Shown here: positions 12,370 to 22,547 of the stretch, piece by piece
How positions within the stretch are numbered: the stretch's first letter is position 1
Layout of the letters: each line of letters begins with the position of its first letter
From: an uncultured Verrucomicrobiae bacterium
Lineage (GTDB): Bacteria > Verrucomicrobiota > Verrucomicrobiia > Limisphaerales > JAFGQR01
Length of the DNA stretch: 64,000 nt
Direction: 5' to 3'
NCBI GenBank assembly: GCA_963788655.1
Contig: CAWBHS010000059.1
Span: forward strand, 96,001-160,000
Made by a program: the position numbers and the translations under genes
Notes under the pieces: generated by a model
The model's input: only the letters and a program-made list of their open reading frames with translations
Database searches by the model: none
What the model was told of the DNA's origin: nothing

Positions 12370-12398
12370 TTGACACTCCCTGACCGGGTTCGTAGTTT
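12370..12398 (+). promoter_or_regulatory. Putative sigma70 promoter of uvrB, likely leaderless
   Basis: TTGACA-N17-TAGTTT ending 8 nt before the ATG at 12407. Confidence 0.55.
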
Positions 12399-12406
12399 GC
12401 CACCGC

Positions 12407-14455
<2,049 letters not shown>

Positions 14456-14502
14456 AGTGTCTGCCCGGATTTCACCGGCCCTGCCCGTTTTCGCGAATCA
14501 CT

Positions 14503-14621
14503 GGTAGGACAGGTGTCCCGCCTGTCCCGGATGGCAGGAAAAGTCCATTGGCAGCAGAACGATTCGTTAAAGAGACAAACGTTCTTTGGAAATCCGGGAC
14601 AGCCGGGATGGCTGTCCTACC
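14503..14621. repeat. Inverted doublet of GTAG-type REP hairpins (REPIN-like)
   Basis: GGTAGGACAGGTGTCCCGCCTGTCCCGG (14503-14530) and reverse copy GGTAGGACAGCCATCCCGGCTGTCCCGG (14594-14621). Confidence 0.75.
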
Positions 14622-14671
14622 GTTCGATTCGTTGCCTCTCCACCCCTTCAACTTTTTAACTCTGAAACGCA

Positions 14672-15613
14672 TTACAGCCGCTCGTACGCCAGGTCGCGGT
14701 TCTGTCGGCGGGCCAGTTCGTTGGAGTAGCGTAAGCCCAGCGTCTGGGCGTGTTCCCGGGCCCAAGCGGTCAACTTGGTATCGCCGGCGGGCTTCGAGCG
14801 AGTACACAACCGGTCCTGCATCAAGCCGGCAATTTCCTCGCGGGTGAGCAACACGTCACCGACCCTCCGGCCAATCCATCGGGCCGCCCAGTAGCCCAGC
14901 CACGGGGGAATCGGCATGATCGGTCGCCGCTTGCCAATGATTTCGCCGACGGTTCGGACCAGTTCGCGATACGTGAACGTCTCCGGCCCAATCGCGTCGA
15001 TGATACGGTTCTCCTGGACCTGCCCTTGCTCGACGGCCACCTTGGCGAAATCATCGACGTAAATGGGTTGCAACCGGTATTGGCCGTTGCCAAAAACCCC
15101 GAACACCGGGTAATGCCGCAGCGCCCAGGCAATATTGTTGATCAGCACGTCCTCGATGCCAAAGAGCACCGCCGGGCGAAGGATGGAGCAGGGGAGGTCC
15201 GATTCCAAAAGTGCCCGTTCGAGCCGGGCTTTGCCACGGAAATATTCCAGGAGCGACGCCTCGGAAGGATTCGTGATGCTCACGTGGACCACGCGTTTTA
15301 CGCCGGCGTGCTGCGCCGCTTCGAAGAGCCTCAGGGTGTTGTCCACCGCCATGGAATGCGAAAAATCGCCGTGATTGAAACGCACCCAGTACGTGTTGTA
15401 GAGCACGGTTGCACCCTGCAAGGACTCGGCCAGTTGGTCCGGTTTCTCCCAATGGAAGGGATGGGCTTCGACCTTGCCGCCAAACGGATTGTCGCGGTGC
15501 AGCGAGTTCGTGAGCGTGCGTACGCGATGGCCCGCCTTGAGCAGACGGGCCGCAATGTATTTTCCGGAAAAACCAAAGGCCCCGGTAACGATGTGCAATT
15601 CGGGCTCACCCAT
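14672..15613 (-). CDS. NAD(P)-dependent epimerase/NDUFA9-like atypical SDR
   Basis: IVTGAFGFSGKY, YFRGK, SILRPAVLFG, LQPIYVDD. Confidence 0.88.
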   Translation of the reverse strand: MGEPELHIVTGAFGFSGKYIAARLLKAGHRVRTLTNSLHRDNPFGGKVEAHPFHWEKPDQLAESLQGATVLYNTYWVRFNHGDFSHSMAVDNTLRLFEAAQHAGVKRVVHVSITNPSEASLLEYFRGKARLERALLESDLPCSILRPAVLFGIEDVLINNIAWALRHYPVFGVFGNGQYRLQPIYVDDFAKVAVEQGQVQENRIIDAIGPETFTYRELVRTVGEIIGKRRPIMPIPPWLGYWAARWIGRRVGDVLLTREEIAGLMQDRLCTRSKPAGDTKLTAWAREHAQTLGLRYSNELARRQNRDLAYERL

Positions 15614-15688
15614 GCGCCCAACGTCTCAACCGAACTGGACGGCGTCAATACGCGAGGTGAACGAGGGATCGCCATGCTCCATTCGTTT

Positions 15689-15712
15689 CTGCCGGCGGGA
15701 CGCCGGCAGCAC
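15689..15712 (-). repeat. REP-like hairpin, GTGCTGCCGG family
   Basis: Minus strand GTGCTGCCGGCGTCCCGCCGGCAG. Confidence 0.6.
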
Positions 15713-15769
15713 GTTGCCCGGCAGCACTGTCTTGGCGTGCCTGTGATCGGGAGCAGGGCAGGGAAGCGA

Positions 15770-16858
15770 TTACAGTTTCTTCAGCGCGTTGTCCAGGGCT
15801 TCGTAGAGGCGGTTCATCGATTCTTCGGTCTCGTCGCCCATGTTCGAAAGCCGGAAGGCCTTCCCTTTGATTTTGCCGTAGCCGCCATCGATGAGAATGC
15901 CCTGTTCTTTGACGAGGCTTTGCAACTTGGGCACATCCACGACCCGCCCGCCCGGTTTGGCGCCGTTGTTGATGCAAGTCAGCGTCACTGACTCGAAACC
16001 GGGCTCGGGAAACAGGGTGAACTCGTGCTTCGCGGCCCAGGCACGGGTCATTTCCGCCAGTTGTTGGTGGCGGGCAAAGCGAGCGTCAAGTCCCTCGGCA
16101 AAGATGTCTTCCAACTTCGATTCCAGGGCATACACATGCCCAATGCTCGGCGTGCTGGGGGTCATGTTATTGGCCGCATTCTTTTGGAACTCGACCAGAT
16201 CGAAATAGTAACCGCGATCGTTCATCGTCGCCGCTTTGGCCAATGCCGCCGGCGAGCAAACAAACACCGCCATACCCGGCGGCAGGGCGAACGCCTTCTG
16301 GGTGCCGGCGAGCATCACGTCGATGCCCAGCGCGTCAAATTCCAGTTTGGCGGCCGACATCGAGCTGACCGTGTCCACGATGAACATCACATCCGGATAT
16401 TTCTGCTTGAGCGCGGCGATTTCGGTGAGGGGATTCATCACGCCGGTGGACGTTTCGTTATGGACGAGCGTGATGGCATCGAACTGACCGGTGGCCAGTT
16501 GCTGGTCCACGGCTTCGGCGCGGATTGGCGAGCCCCACGGAACTTGAAGTGCTTCGGCGGCCTTGCCACAGCGTTTGGAGACATCGAACCATTTGTCCGA
16601 AAAAGCGCCGCACATGCAATTGAGCACTTTCTTGGCGACGAGGTTGCGGATGGCCCCCTCCATGATCCCCCACGCCGAAGAGGTGCTTAGAAAAACCAGT
16701 TGTTGCGTGTAAAGCAACGCCTGCAATTTCGGCATGATGCGGCCATACAAATCTTTGAACGCCTGGCTGCGATGCCCAATCATTGGCGTGCTGAACGCCG
16801 CGAAGGTCTTGGCGCTGACTTCAACCGGTCCGGGAATGTGCAATTTAAGGTGACCCAT
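15770..16858 (-). CDS. Class V PLP aminotransferase (alanine-glyoxylate/serine-pyruvate type)
   Basis: IPGPVEV, VHNETSTGVMN, IVDTVSS, AGTQKAFALPPG (PLP lysine), FRLSNMG. Confidence 0.92.
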   Translation of the reverse strand: MGHLKLHIPGPVEVSAKTFAAFSTPMIGHRSQAFKDLYGRIMPKLQALLYTQQLVFLSTSSAWGIMEGAIRNLVAKKVLNCMCGAFSDKWFDVSKRCGKAAEALQVPWGSPIRAEAVDQQLATGQFDAITLVHNETSTGVMNPLTEIAALKQKYPDVMFIVDTVSSMSAAKLEFDALGIDVMLAGTQKAFALPPGMAVFVCSPAALAKAATMNDRGYYFDLVEFQKNAANNMTPSTPSIGHVYALESKLEDIFAEGLDARFARHQQLAEMTRAWAAKHEFTLFPEPGFESVTLTCINNGAKPGGRVVDVPKLQSLVKEQGILIDGGYGKIKGKAFRLSNMGDETEESMNRLYEALDNALKKL

Positions 16859-17002
16859 AATTCGGGCGCCAAAATTTCACAGTCGGTTCGCCAAAGCAAG
16901 CGGGGAGTTGACGTGCCGTTTGAATCGGGGGTTTTGAGATTACCTGCACCAAAGCATTGTGCGGAGCTCGGCCATTCTTAAATGCAGCCACCACGGATTT
17001 GA

Positions 17003-17977
17003 TCAAAACTTAAAGACGGCCTGCATGGAACTGTAGGTGTCGCGTGTTTCCTGCCGCCGAAATTCCTTGGTCAGAAACGTTTGGGTGAAGGAAATCTCGA
17101 GTCGTTTAAGGACCAGCACCAGCCCGACTTTCCCTTTGCCTACCAGTAGCTCTTTATGCACCGAGTGACTGGATCGAAAGGTGTTGCCGTCCAAAAAAAT
17201 GTCGTGCCCGACTAACCGGCCTTCGACCCCGCTCAAGAAGTAGAAACCGAAACGGGGGGGCGTCCTGGCGTGGGGTACTTCGAACTCATTGGGCACATTC
17301 CAGCCAAACCGGACCAATGCTCCGCAGTTCAAACTGATGTTGATGTTGCCCAGCTTGGCTCCGCCGTAGGGAACAATGTCCACGCCCCAAGCGCGCGCCG
17401 ACCGCCAGGATACCAAGTATCGGCGATCATACCGCAATTCCAGGCCAGGTTCGGTTTTCAATTGATGGTCCCAGCCTTGCGGTGCTACGCCGTGAAACGA
17501 TTTCTGCGCTTGTTCGGCCAGGGATTCCGGGCCCACCACTCCCAAGTCCAGTCTCAAGGTTTCCATGGTTGGCCAGTCTGGCGAGGTAACGCCGCGTCGT
17601 TGGAGGATGAGGGAACCGTAGAGCCAACCCGCATAGGGCTGGTCGTCTTCCACAACCTCCGTGGCTAGCAAATTCTCGGGCGTGTAAATCTCTTGGCCGA
17701 TACCCCCGCCCAACTTGTCGGCTTGTTTCTGAAACGCTACGGTAGGCAGGTGGTTCGAAAGCCATTGCCCCCAACCGGGCAGTTGGTTGTCGTGGGACAG
17801 ATACTGGATCTTAATTCCTTGCGTATAATGCCGGTCAGCGCCGGCAAAAGCGTCATTTTCCCAATTGAGCGAAAAAATGCGTCCTTCCCACCCATTGTCT
17901 GCGTGACCCAATTCCGGGCCGCAGAACATCAACAAAACGAGCGCGGCCCCGATCCATCCATGACAAGTTTGGCTCAT
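17003..17977 (-). CDS. Lipid A 3-O-deacylase LpxR family outer-membrane protein
   Basis: Signal peptide, WENDAF...DRHYTQG, GQEIYTP, PYAGWLY, IFLDGNTF, C-terminal Phe. Confidence 0.85.
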   Translation of the reverse strand: MSQTCHGWIGAALVLLMFCGPELGHADNGWEGRIFSLNWENDAFAGADRHYTQGIKIQYLSHDNQLPGWGQWLSNHLPTVAFQKQADKLGGGIGQEIYTPENLLATEVVEDDQPYAGWLYGSLILQRRGVTSPDWPTMETLRLDLGVVGPESLAEQAQKSFHGVAPQGWDHQLKTEPGLELRYDRRYLVSWRSARAWGVDIVPYGGAKLGNINISLNCGALVRFGWNVPNEFEVPHARTPPRFGFYFLSGVEGRLVGHDIFLDGNTFRSSHSVHKELLVGKGKVGLVLVLKRLEISFTQTFLTKEFRRQETRDTYSSMQAVFKF

Positions 17978-18084
17978 GCGGTGAATAACAGGTTATTGGC
18001 AATCGCCGTGACCACTCCGGCGAGCAACCGAGCAATCGATACCCTTGTCCGTTCGCGTCCGATCCATAGTGCGCACCCAAGAAC

Positions 18085-18158
<74 letters not shown>

Positions 18159-18169
18159 AGCGCGAGCCC

Positions 18170-18197
18170 ATAGTAGCCCCGAGGCCGGATTTGTCAA
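18170..18197 (-). promoter_or_regulatory. Putative sigma70 promoter of tRNA-Gly
   Basis: TTGACA-N16-TACTAT. Confidence 0.6.
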
Positions 18198-18208
18198 TAA
18201 CCCCGGGA

Positions 18209-18410
18209 GAAATCCGAAGGCCGAAATCCGAGAGCCGAAGGAAGACCGAAGCCTGAAGGACCCAACTCCAAAACGGCAGACGATAGTGGGCAATCCGGTC
18301 GGCCGTTTGGAGGAGTCAACCCCCTCAGAAAGGATGCGGTTTGGAAGCATCCATTTCGGATTTCGAGTTGGGGATTTCTTTCGGCTCTCGGAGTTCGGCT
18401 TTCGGATTTC
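18209..18410. repeat. Inverted-repeat element built from CCGAAAT/CCGAAGG heptamers
   Basis: Left GAAATCCGAAGGCCGAAATCCGAGAGCCGAAGGAAGACC versus reverse complement of right GAAATCCGAAAGCCGAACTCCGAGAGCCGAAAGAAATCC. Confidence 0.7.
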
Positions 18411-18462
18411 GTTTTGCTCACGCTTGCCAGCGGACAAGGTCCCTGTCTATGCTCCGCTTCAC

Positions 18463-19863
18463 ATGAGTTGCGTGCTTCTTTCTGGCGGACGGATCATCGA
18501 TCCCGCGCGATCGTTCGATGCGGTTGCTGATCTTCTTCTGCATGACGGCAAAGTGGCGGCGGTGGGCTCCGAGGCGGCGCAGCAAGCTCCCCCGGAGGCT
18601 GAGCGGTTGGATGTTCGCGGCTTGGTGGTTTGTCCCGGTTTGATTGACTTGCACGTGCATCTGCGCGAGCCGGGCCAAAGCGGCAAAGAAACCATCGCCA
18701 CCGGCACCCAGGCGGCTGCCCGGGGCGGTTTTACGTCTCTGGTATGCATGCCCAATACTTCGCCGGCGATTGACAGTCCGGCGACGGTGGCACTGATCAA
18801 TGATAAAGCCAAGCGGGCCGGCGTGGTTAACGTCTTTGTCGCCGGCGCCATCAGCCGTGACCTGGCCGGTGAAGAATTGGCGCCGATCGGTTCGCTCAAG
18901 CAGGCCGGGGTGGTAGCCATTACCGACGACGGGCATTGTATCCAGAATCATGAACTCATGCGCCGGGCGCTCGAATACGCGCGCATGTTTGATCTGCCGG
19001 TCATGGACCATTGTCAGGACTACTCACTGGTCAGCGACGGCGTGATGCACGAAGGCTATTGGAACATCGTGTTAGGACTGCGTGGCTGGCCGGCGGCGGG
19101 TGAGGAAATGATCGTGGCGCGCAACATCCGGCTGGCCGAATTGACCGGCGCGCACATTCATTGCCAACACCTCAGCGCGGCGGGCAGCGTCGCTTTGTTG
19201 CGCGAGGCCAAGAAGCGTGGCGTTCCCATTTCCGGAGAAGCCTGCCCACATCATTTCACGTTGACGGACGCGGCCCTGGCCGGCAGCGACAAATTCTGGC
19301 GGGCCGACGGCGCGGGAATTTTTGGATTCGACCCCAAGAGCGGTCCCTGGCCGGAATGGCCGGCGTATGACACCAATTTCAAAATGAATCCGCCCTTGCG
19401 CTCGGCCCCGGATCGGGAAGCCATTCTCGAAGGGGTGGCCGACGGTACCATCGAGATCATTGGCAGCGATCATGCCCCGCACCGTGGTTTCGAGAAGGAA
19501 GTGGAATTTGACTATGCGCCCTTCGGCATCATTGGTTTGGAAACGGAACTGGCCCTGGCCTTGGGGCAATTGGTGCATTCCGGACGCCTGGCCTTGCCGG
19601 AATTGCTGGCCCGGTTCACCACCGGCCCGGCCCGCTTACTCCATTTGGACAAAGGCACCTTGGTTCCGGGGGCCGATGCCGATGTGACCATCATCGATCC
19701 GGAGCGGGAATGGACCTATCACCGCCACGAGTCGGTGAGCAAGTCACAGAATTCTCCGTTTGACGGTTGGCGTTTAAAGGGCAAAGTTGTGGCCACGATG
19801 GTGGCCGGAAAAGTGGTTTGGCGTGAAGAAAATCTGACGGCGAGCGTCCAACCCCAAAGTTAA
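18463..19863 (+). CDS. pyrC: Dihydroorotase
   Basis: PGLIDLHVHLREPG, CMPNT, FKMNPPLRS, SDHAPH, APFGIIGLET, SKSQNSPF. The ORF extension to 18286 is repeat read-through. Confidence 0.95.
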   Translation: MSCVLLSGGRIIDPARSFDAVADLLLHDGKVAAVGSEAAQQAPPEAERLDVRGLVVCPGLIDLHVHLREPGQSGKETIATGTQAAARGGFTSLVCMPNTSPAIDSPATVALINDKAKRAGVVNVFVAGAISRDLAGEELAPIGSLKQAGVVAITDDGHCIQNHELMRRALEYARMFDLPVMDHCQDYSLVSDGVMHEGYWNIVLGLRGWPAAGEEMIVARNIRLAELTGAHIHCQHLSAAGSVALLREAKKRGVPISGEACPHHFTLTDAALAGSDKFWRADGAGIFGFDPKSGPWPEWPAYDTNFKMNPPLRSAPDREAILEGVADGTIEIIGSDHAPHRGFEKEVEFDYAPFGIIGLETELALALGQLVHSGRLALPELLARFTTGPARLLHLDKGTLVPGADADVTIIDPEREWTYHRHESVSKSQNSPFDGWRLKGKVVATMVAGKVVWREENLTASVQPQS

Positions 19864-19885
19864 ACATAAGCAAAAAAGAACCTGT

Positions 19886-20326
19886 ATGAAACGATACGCA
19901 ATCATGGTGCTGCTGAGCCTGCTGGTCCTCCCGTTGGCGGCGGCGGAACTGAACTGGCTGACCGATTTGCCCAAAGCGCAGGCGGAAGCCAAGAAGGATA
20001 ACAAGATGGTCTTGATCGATTTCACCGGCTCGGACTGGTGCGGTTGGTGCAAGAAGCTCAAGAGCGAGGTGTTCGATAAGAAGGAATTCGCGGACTACGC
20101 CGCCAAGAATCTGGTGCTGGTGGAGGTGGATTTCCCGCGGGCCAAAACTCAAAGCGACGCCTTGAAGAAGGCCAACAAAGAGCTGGCCTCCAAATATGAA
20201 GCGCGCGGATTTCCGACCATTGTCGTGCTAAACAGCTCCGGCAAAGAGGTGTGGAAGCAAGTGGGCTACATGCGCGGCGGGCCGGAGGCTTGGCTTGCCA
20301 AACTAAACGAAGCCAAGAAGAAGTAG
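19886..20326 (+). CDS. Exported thioredoxin-family protein (WCGWC)
   Basis: Signal peptide, DFTGSDWCGWC, GFPT. Confidence 0.9.
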   Translation: MKRYAIMVLLSLLVLPLAAAELNWLTDLPKAQAEAKKDNKMVLIDFTGSDWCGWCKKLKSEVFDKKEFADYAAKNLVLVEVDFPRAKTQSDALKKANKELASKYEARGFPTIVVLNSSGKEVWKQVGYMRGGPEAWLAKLNEAKKK

Positions 20327-20349
20327 AACCACCCGAACCAAGTGTTTCG

Positions 20350-20383
20350 CAGCGCGACCCATGACGGGCCGCGCTGTTTTTTT
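20350..20383 (+). terminator. Rho-independent terminator
   Basis: CAGCGCGACCC-ATGAC-GGGCCGCGCTG-TTTTTTT. Confidence 0.7.
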
Positions 20384-20416
20384 ACGCCGGCCACAATACC
20401 CCAATCCGCACTTTGC

Positions 20417-20974
20417 CTAACGTTCGGTGAGTGGATGAGTCGGATGGGTGTGGAGCGAGGCCTCGGCGGCGAGATAGAAGCGCCACTGGCAAAAACAGTC
20501 CTTGGGATGCGGCTCCGGGGGAGCAAACAAACATTCCACGCGAATCCGGGGATCCACGGCTTGCGCGAAGTTGGTGAATTCCGCCCAGTGCATGTCCCGG
20601 CAATAATACTCAGCCTGACCGCGCTTGACACGGGCTTCTTGCGTCGGACAGGAGGGAACCGAGATGATGACTTCGTCTGGGCGTTCTTCGATGCGGTAAT
20701 CGATCAGCATGCACCACGGAAAACGCCGCAGCGTCTTTACGAAGCCGGCCAATCCCGTTTCCGTGATTTGAAACCGTTTCACCAGGTCTTTGGCTGCCAT
20801 GCTCGAAACCCGTGACCAGACTTTCTTGTTCAGCCGTTCCGCAGTGTGCTGATCAAAACTTTCGGTGGCGTAGATGAACCAGAACGAATCAACCACCCGG
20901 TAATGCCAGAGGAGGAATTCCACATAGCGGCGCAACTCCGGAGCCTCCATATCTTGAAATAGGTCGAGGTTCAT
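20417..20974 (-). CDS. DUF6125-like Cys-rich ligand-binding protein
   Basis: VDSFWF, CPTQEAR, C-x(5)-[25 protein letters not shown]. Confidence 0.7.
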   Translation of the reverse strand: MNLDLFQDMEAPELRRYVEFLLWHYRVVDSFWFIYATESFDQHTAERLNKKVWSRVSSMAAKDLVKRFQITETGLAGFVKTLRRFPWCMLIDYRIEERPDEVIISVPSCPTQEARVKRGQAEYYCRDMHWAEFTNFAQAVDPRIRVECLFAPPEPHPKDCFCQWRFYLAAEASLHTHPTHPLTER

Positions 20975-20980
20975 GACCGC

Positions 20981-21008
20981 ATGCTAGGCCAATTCGGCTG
21001 GCGGTCAA
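20981..21008 (-). promoter_or_regulatory. Putative sigma70 promoter, leaderless
   Basis: TTGACC-N16-TAGCAT, 6 nt before the ATG at 20974. Confidence 0.55.
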
Positions 21009-21158
21009 GAAAAGGGAGGCGCAAAGCCTAAAGACCGAAATCCGAATGGCCTTATTCCGAACGTGTTGTTTTCTATGTTCGGTCTTCGGGTTTTGCCTCT
21101 TGCCTCGCTTACAATCTCCCTTGCCTTCAATCGCTGCCCGTCCTTAAATCAGGCCATT

Positions 21159-21911
21159 ATGAAAACAGCACACATATCCCTTCTTTTCGCTGCCGGTTCC
21201 CTGGCTTTCCTGACCGCGCTGGCCACGGCGCGCGCAGCCGACGACGGATTCGTCCCCATCTTCGACGGCAAAACCCTCGATGGCTGGCACGTCAGCGCCA
21301 AAACGGGGCATAGCCGAACCAGCGGAAACAAGACCGGCGGAAAGTGGGTGGTCGAGGACGGTGCCATTGTGGGCAGCCAGGATATTCCCGGCAACGGCGG
21401 GATCGTCATCACGGACGAGAAATTCGGTGACTTCGAGGTGGTGCTGGAAATGAAAAACGATTTCGGCCCGGACAGCGGCTTGTTCCTGCGCAGCACCGAG
21501 GATGGCAAGGCGTATCAGGCCATGATCGACTACCATTCCGGCGGCAATTTGATGGGCGTTTACGGCGAGGGTCTGGGCGGCTTCGGGTCACGGAATTTCA
21601 ATTTCCTGCAAACCCCCGAACAAATTCGGCCGGCGCCGTCTGAGTTTCCGTTGCCGGTGTTGCCGGAGGCCTGGCCCTTTTTCTGGCGGCACGGTCAGTG
21701 GAACGAACTGCGCGCCCGCATTGAGGGCAATCCGCCCAAAGTCACCACCTGGATCAACGGAGTTAAATTCATGGAATGGTCCGATACTCAAAAGCGGCTG
21801 CCAGATGACGGTGGCATCGCGCTCCAAGTCCATGGCGGCGGCGATTTGACGAAGCAGTTCGTGCGGTATCGGAATGTCCGCGTGAAGCGGCTGGGAACCG
21901 ACGAGAAGTAA
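21159..21911 (+). CDS. DUF1080 (3-keto-disaccharide hydrolase family) protein, secreted
   Basis: DGFVPIFDGKTLDGW, WVVEDGAI, DSGLFLR, WNELR, GIALQVH, VRYRNVRVKRL. Confidence 0.9.
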   Translation: MKTAHISLLFAAGSLAFLTALATARAADDGFVPIFDGKTLDGWHVSAKTGHSRTSGNKTGGKWVVEDGAIVGSQDIPGNGGIVITDEKFGDFEVVLEMKNDFGPDSGLFLRSTEDGKAYQAMIDYHSGGNLMGVYGEGLGGFGSRNFNFLQTPEQIRPAPSEFPLPVLPEAWPFFWRHGQWNELRARIEGNPPKVTTWINGVKFMEWSDTQKRLPDDGGIALQVHGGGDLTKQFVRYRNVRVKRLGTDEK

Positions 21912-21961
21912 AGGTCTATCCCACTCGTTTGCGGACCGTGGGAGAATATCCAAGGGCCAAC

Positions 21962-21985
21962 GTGCTACCGGCATCTGGCCGGTAG
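21962..21985 (+). repeat. REP-like hairpin, GTGCTGCCGG family
   Basis: GTGCTACCGGCATCTGGCCGGTAG, with a compensatory A-T pair. Confidence 0.55.
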
Positions 21986-22052
21986 CTTTGGAACGGAAAG
22001 TGCAAGTTACTGATCAGTCAGCAGCATAGGCTCAGAGATCCTGATGACCTAT

Positions 22053-22251
22053 CAATATACACGCCAAACCCAATGATTTTGGGCTCCAGCGCCAGTAGCT
22101 TTTCGGCAATGTCCAGCGGCTGCTGATTGATGTCGAACTCGGCCGGCGCCGCCCGCGGGCGCAATTCGTCCAGGTTGGCCAGCAGGTAGCGCAAGCCAAA
22201 GGCCGCGTGGATGTATTTCGCGTTCAGCGTCGTCAGGACAATTTCCGATAT
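22053..22251 (-). pseudogene. N-terminal remnant of a B12-binding radical SAM gene
   Basis: ISEIVLTTLNAKYIHAAFGLRYLLANL...EFDINQ...PKIIGFGVYI. ATA sits where ATG is expected and similarity ends after about 66 codons. Confidence 0.75.
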
Positions 22252-22310
22252 ACCGCGAATAACGTAGCGGGATCGGGTTGATTTTTCACCGAAGAAAGCA
22301 ACGGCGGAGG

Positions 22311-22488
22311 AGAAATCCGAAATTCGATCCCTTTGGCTTGCGGCGGGAAGCGAAGCGCCGCACCGCTTTGGCTGTGTTCGGGAGTCCCCCGTTCGAAAGT
22401 GGTGTCGGCGCTTGGCTCTGCCACCGCACTCCATATTTCTCGTCTTACCCGGCGCATTCGGATTTCGACCTTCGGCCTTCGGTCTTTC
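22311..22488. repeat. Composite repeat: heptamer-type arms enclosing a GGAG-type REP doublet (22334-22433)
   Basis: GAAATCCGAAATTCGA ... TTCGGATTTCGACCTTCGGCCTTCGGTCTTTC flank TGGCTTGCGGCGG...CACCGCTTTG and CGAAAGTGGTG...CCACCGCACTCCA. Confidence 0.6.
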
Positions 22489-22547
22489 CCACGACCGTTT
22501 TGACTTTCTTGTTGCCAATCCGTGCAACTTTGCAACAATTCGTCCTC

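Noticed and set aside
18286..18462. N-terminal extensions of pyrC and of ORF 22278
   Set aside because: Translation of repeat DNA; better starts lie at 18463 and 22548.
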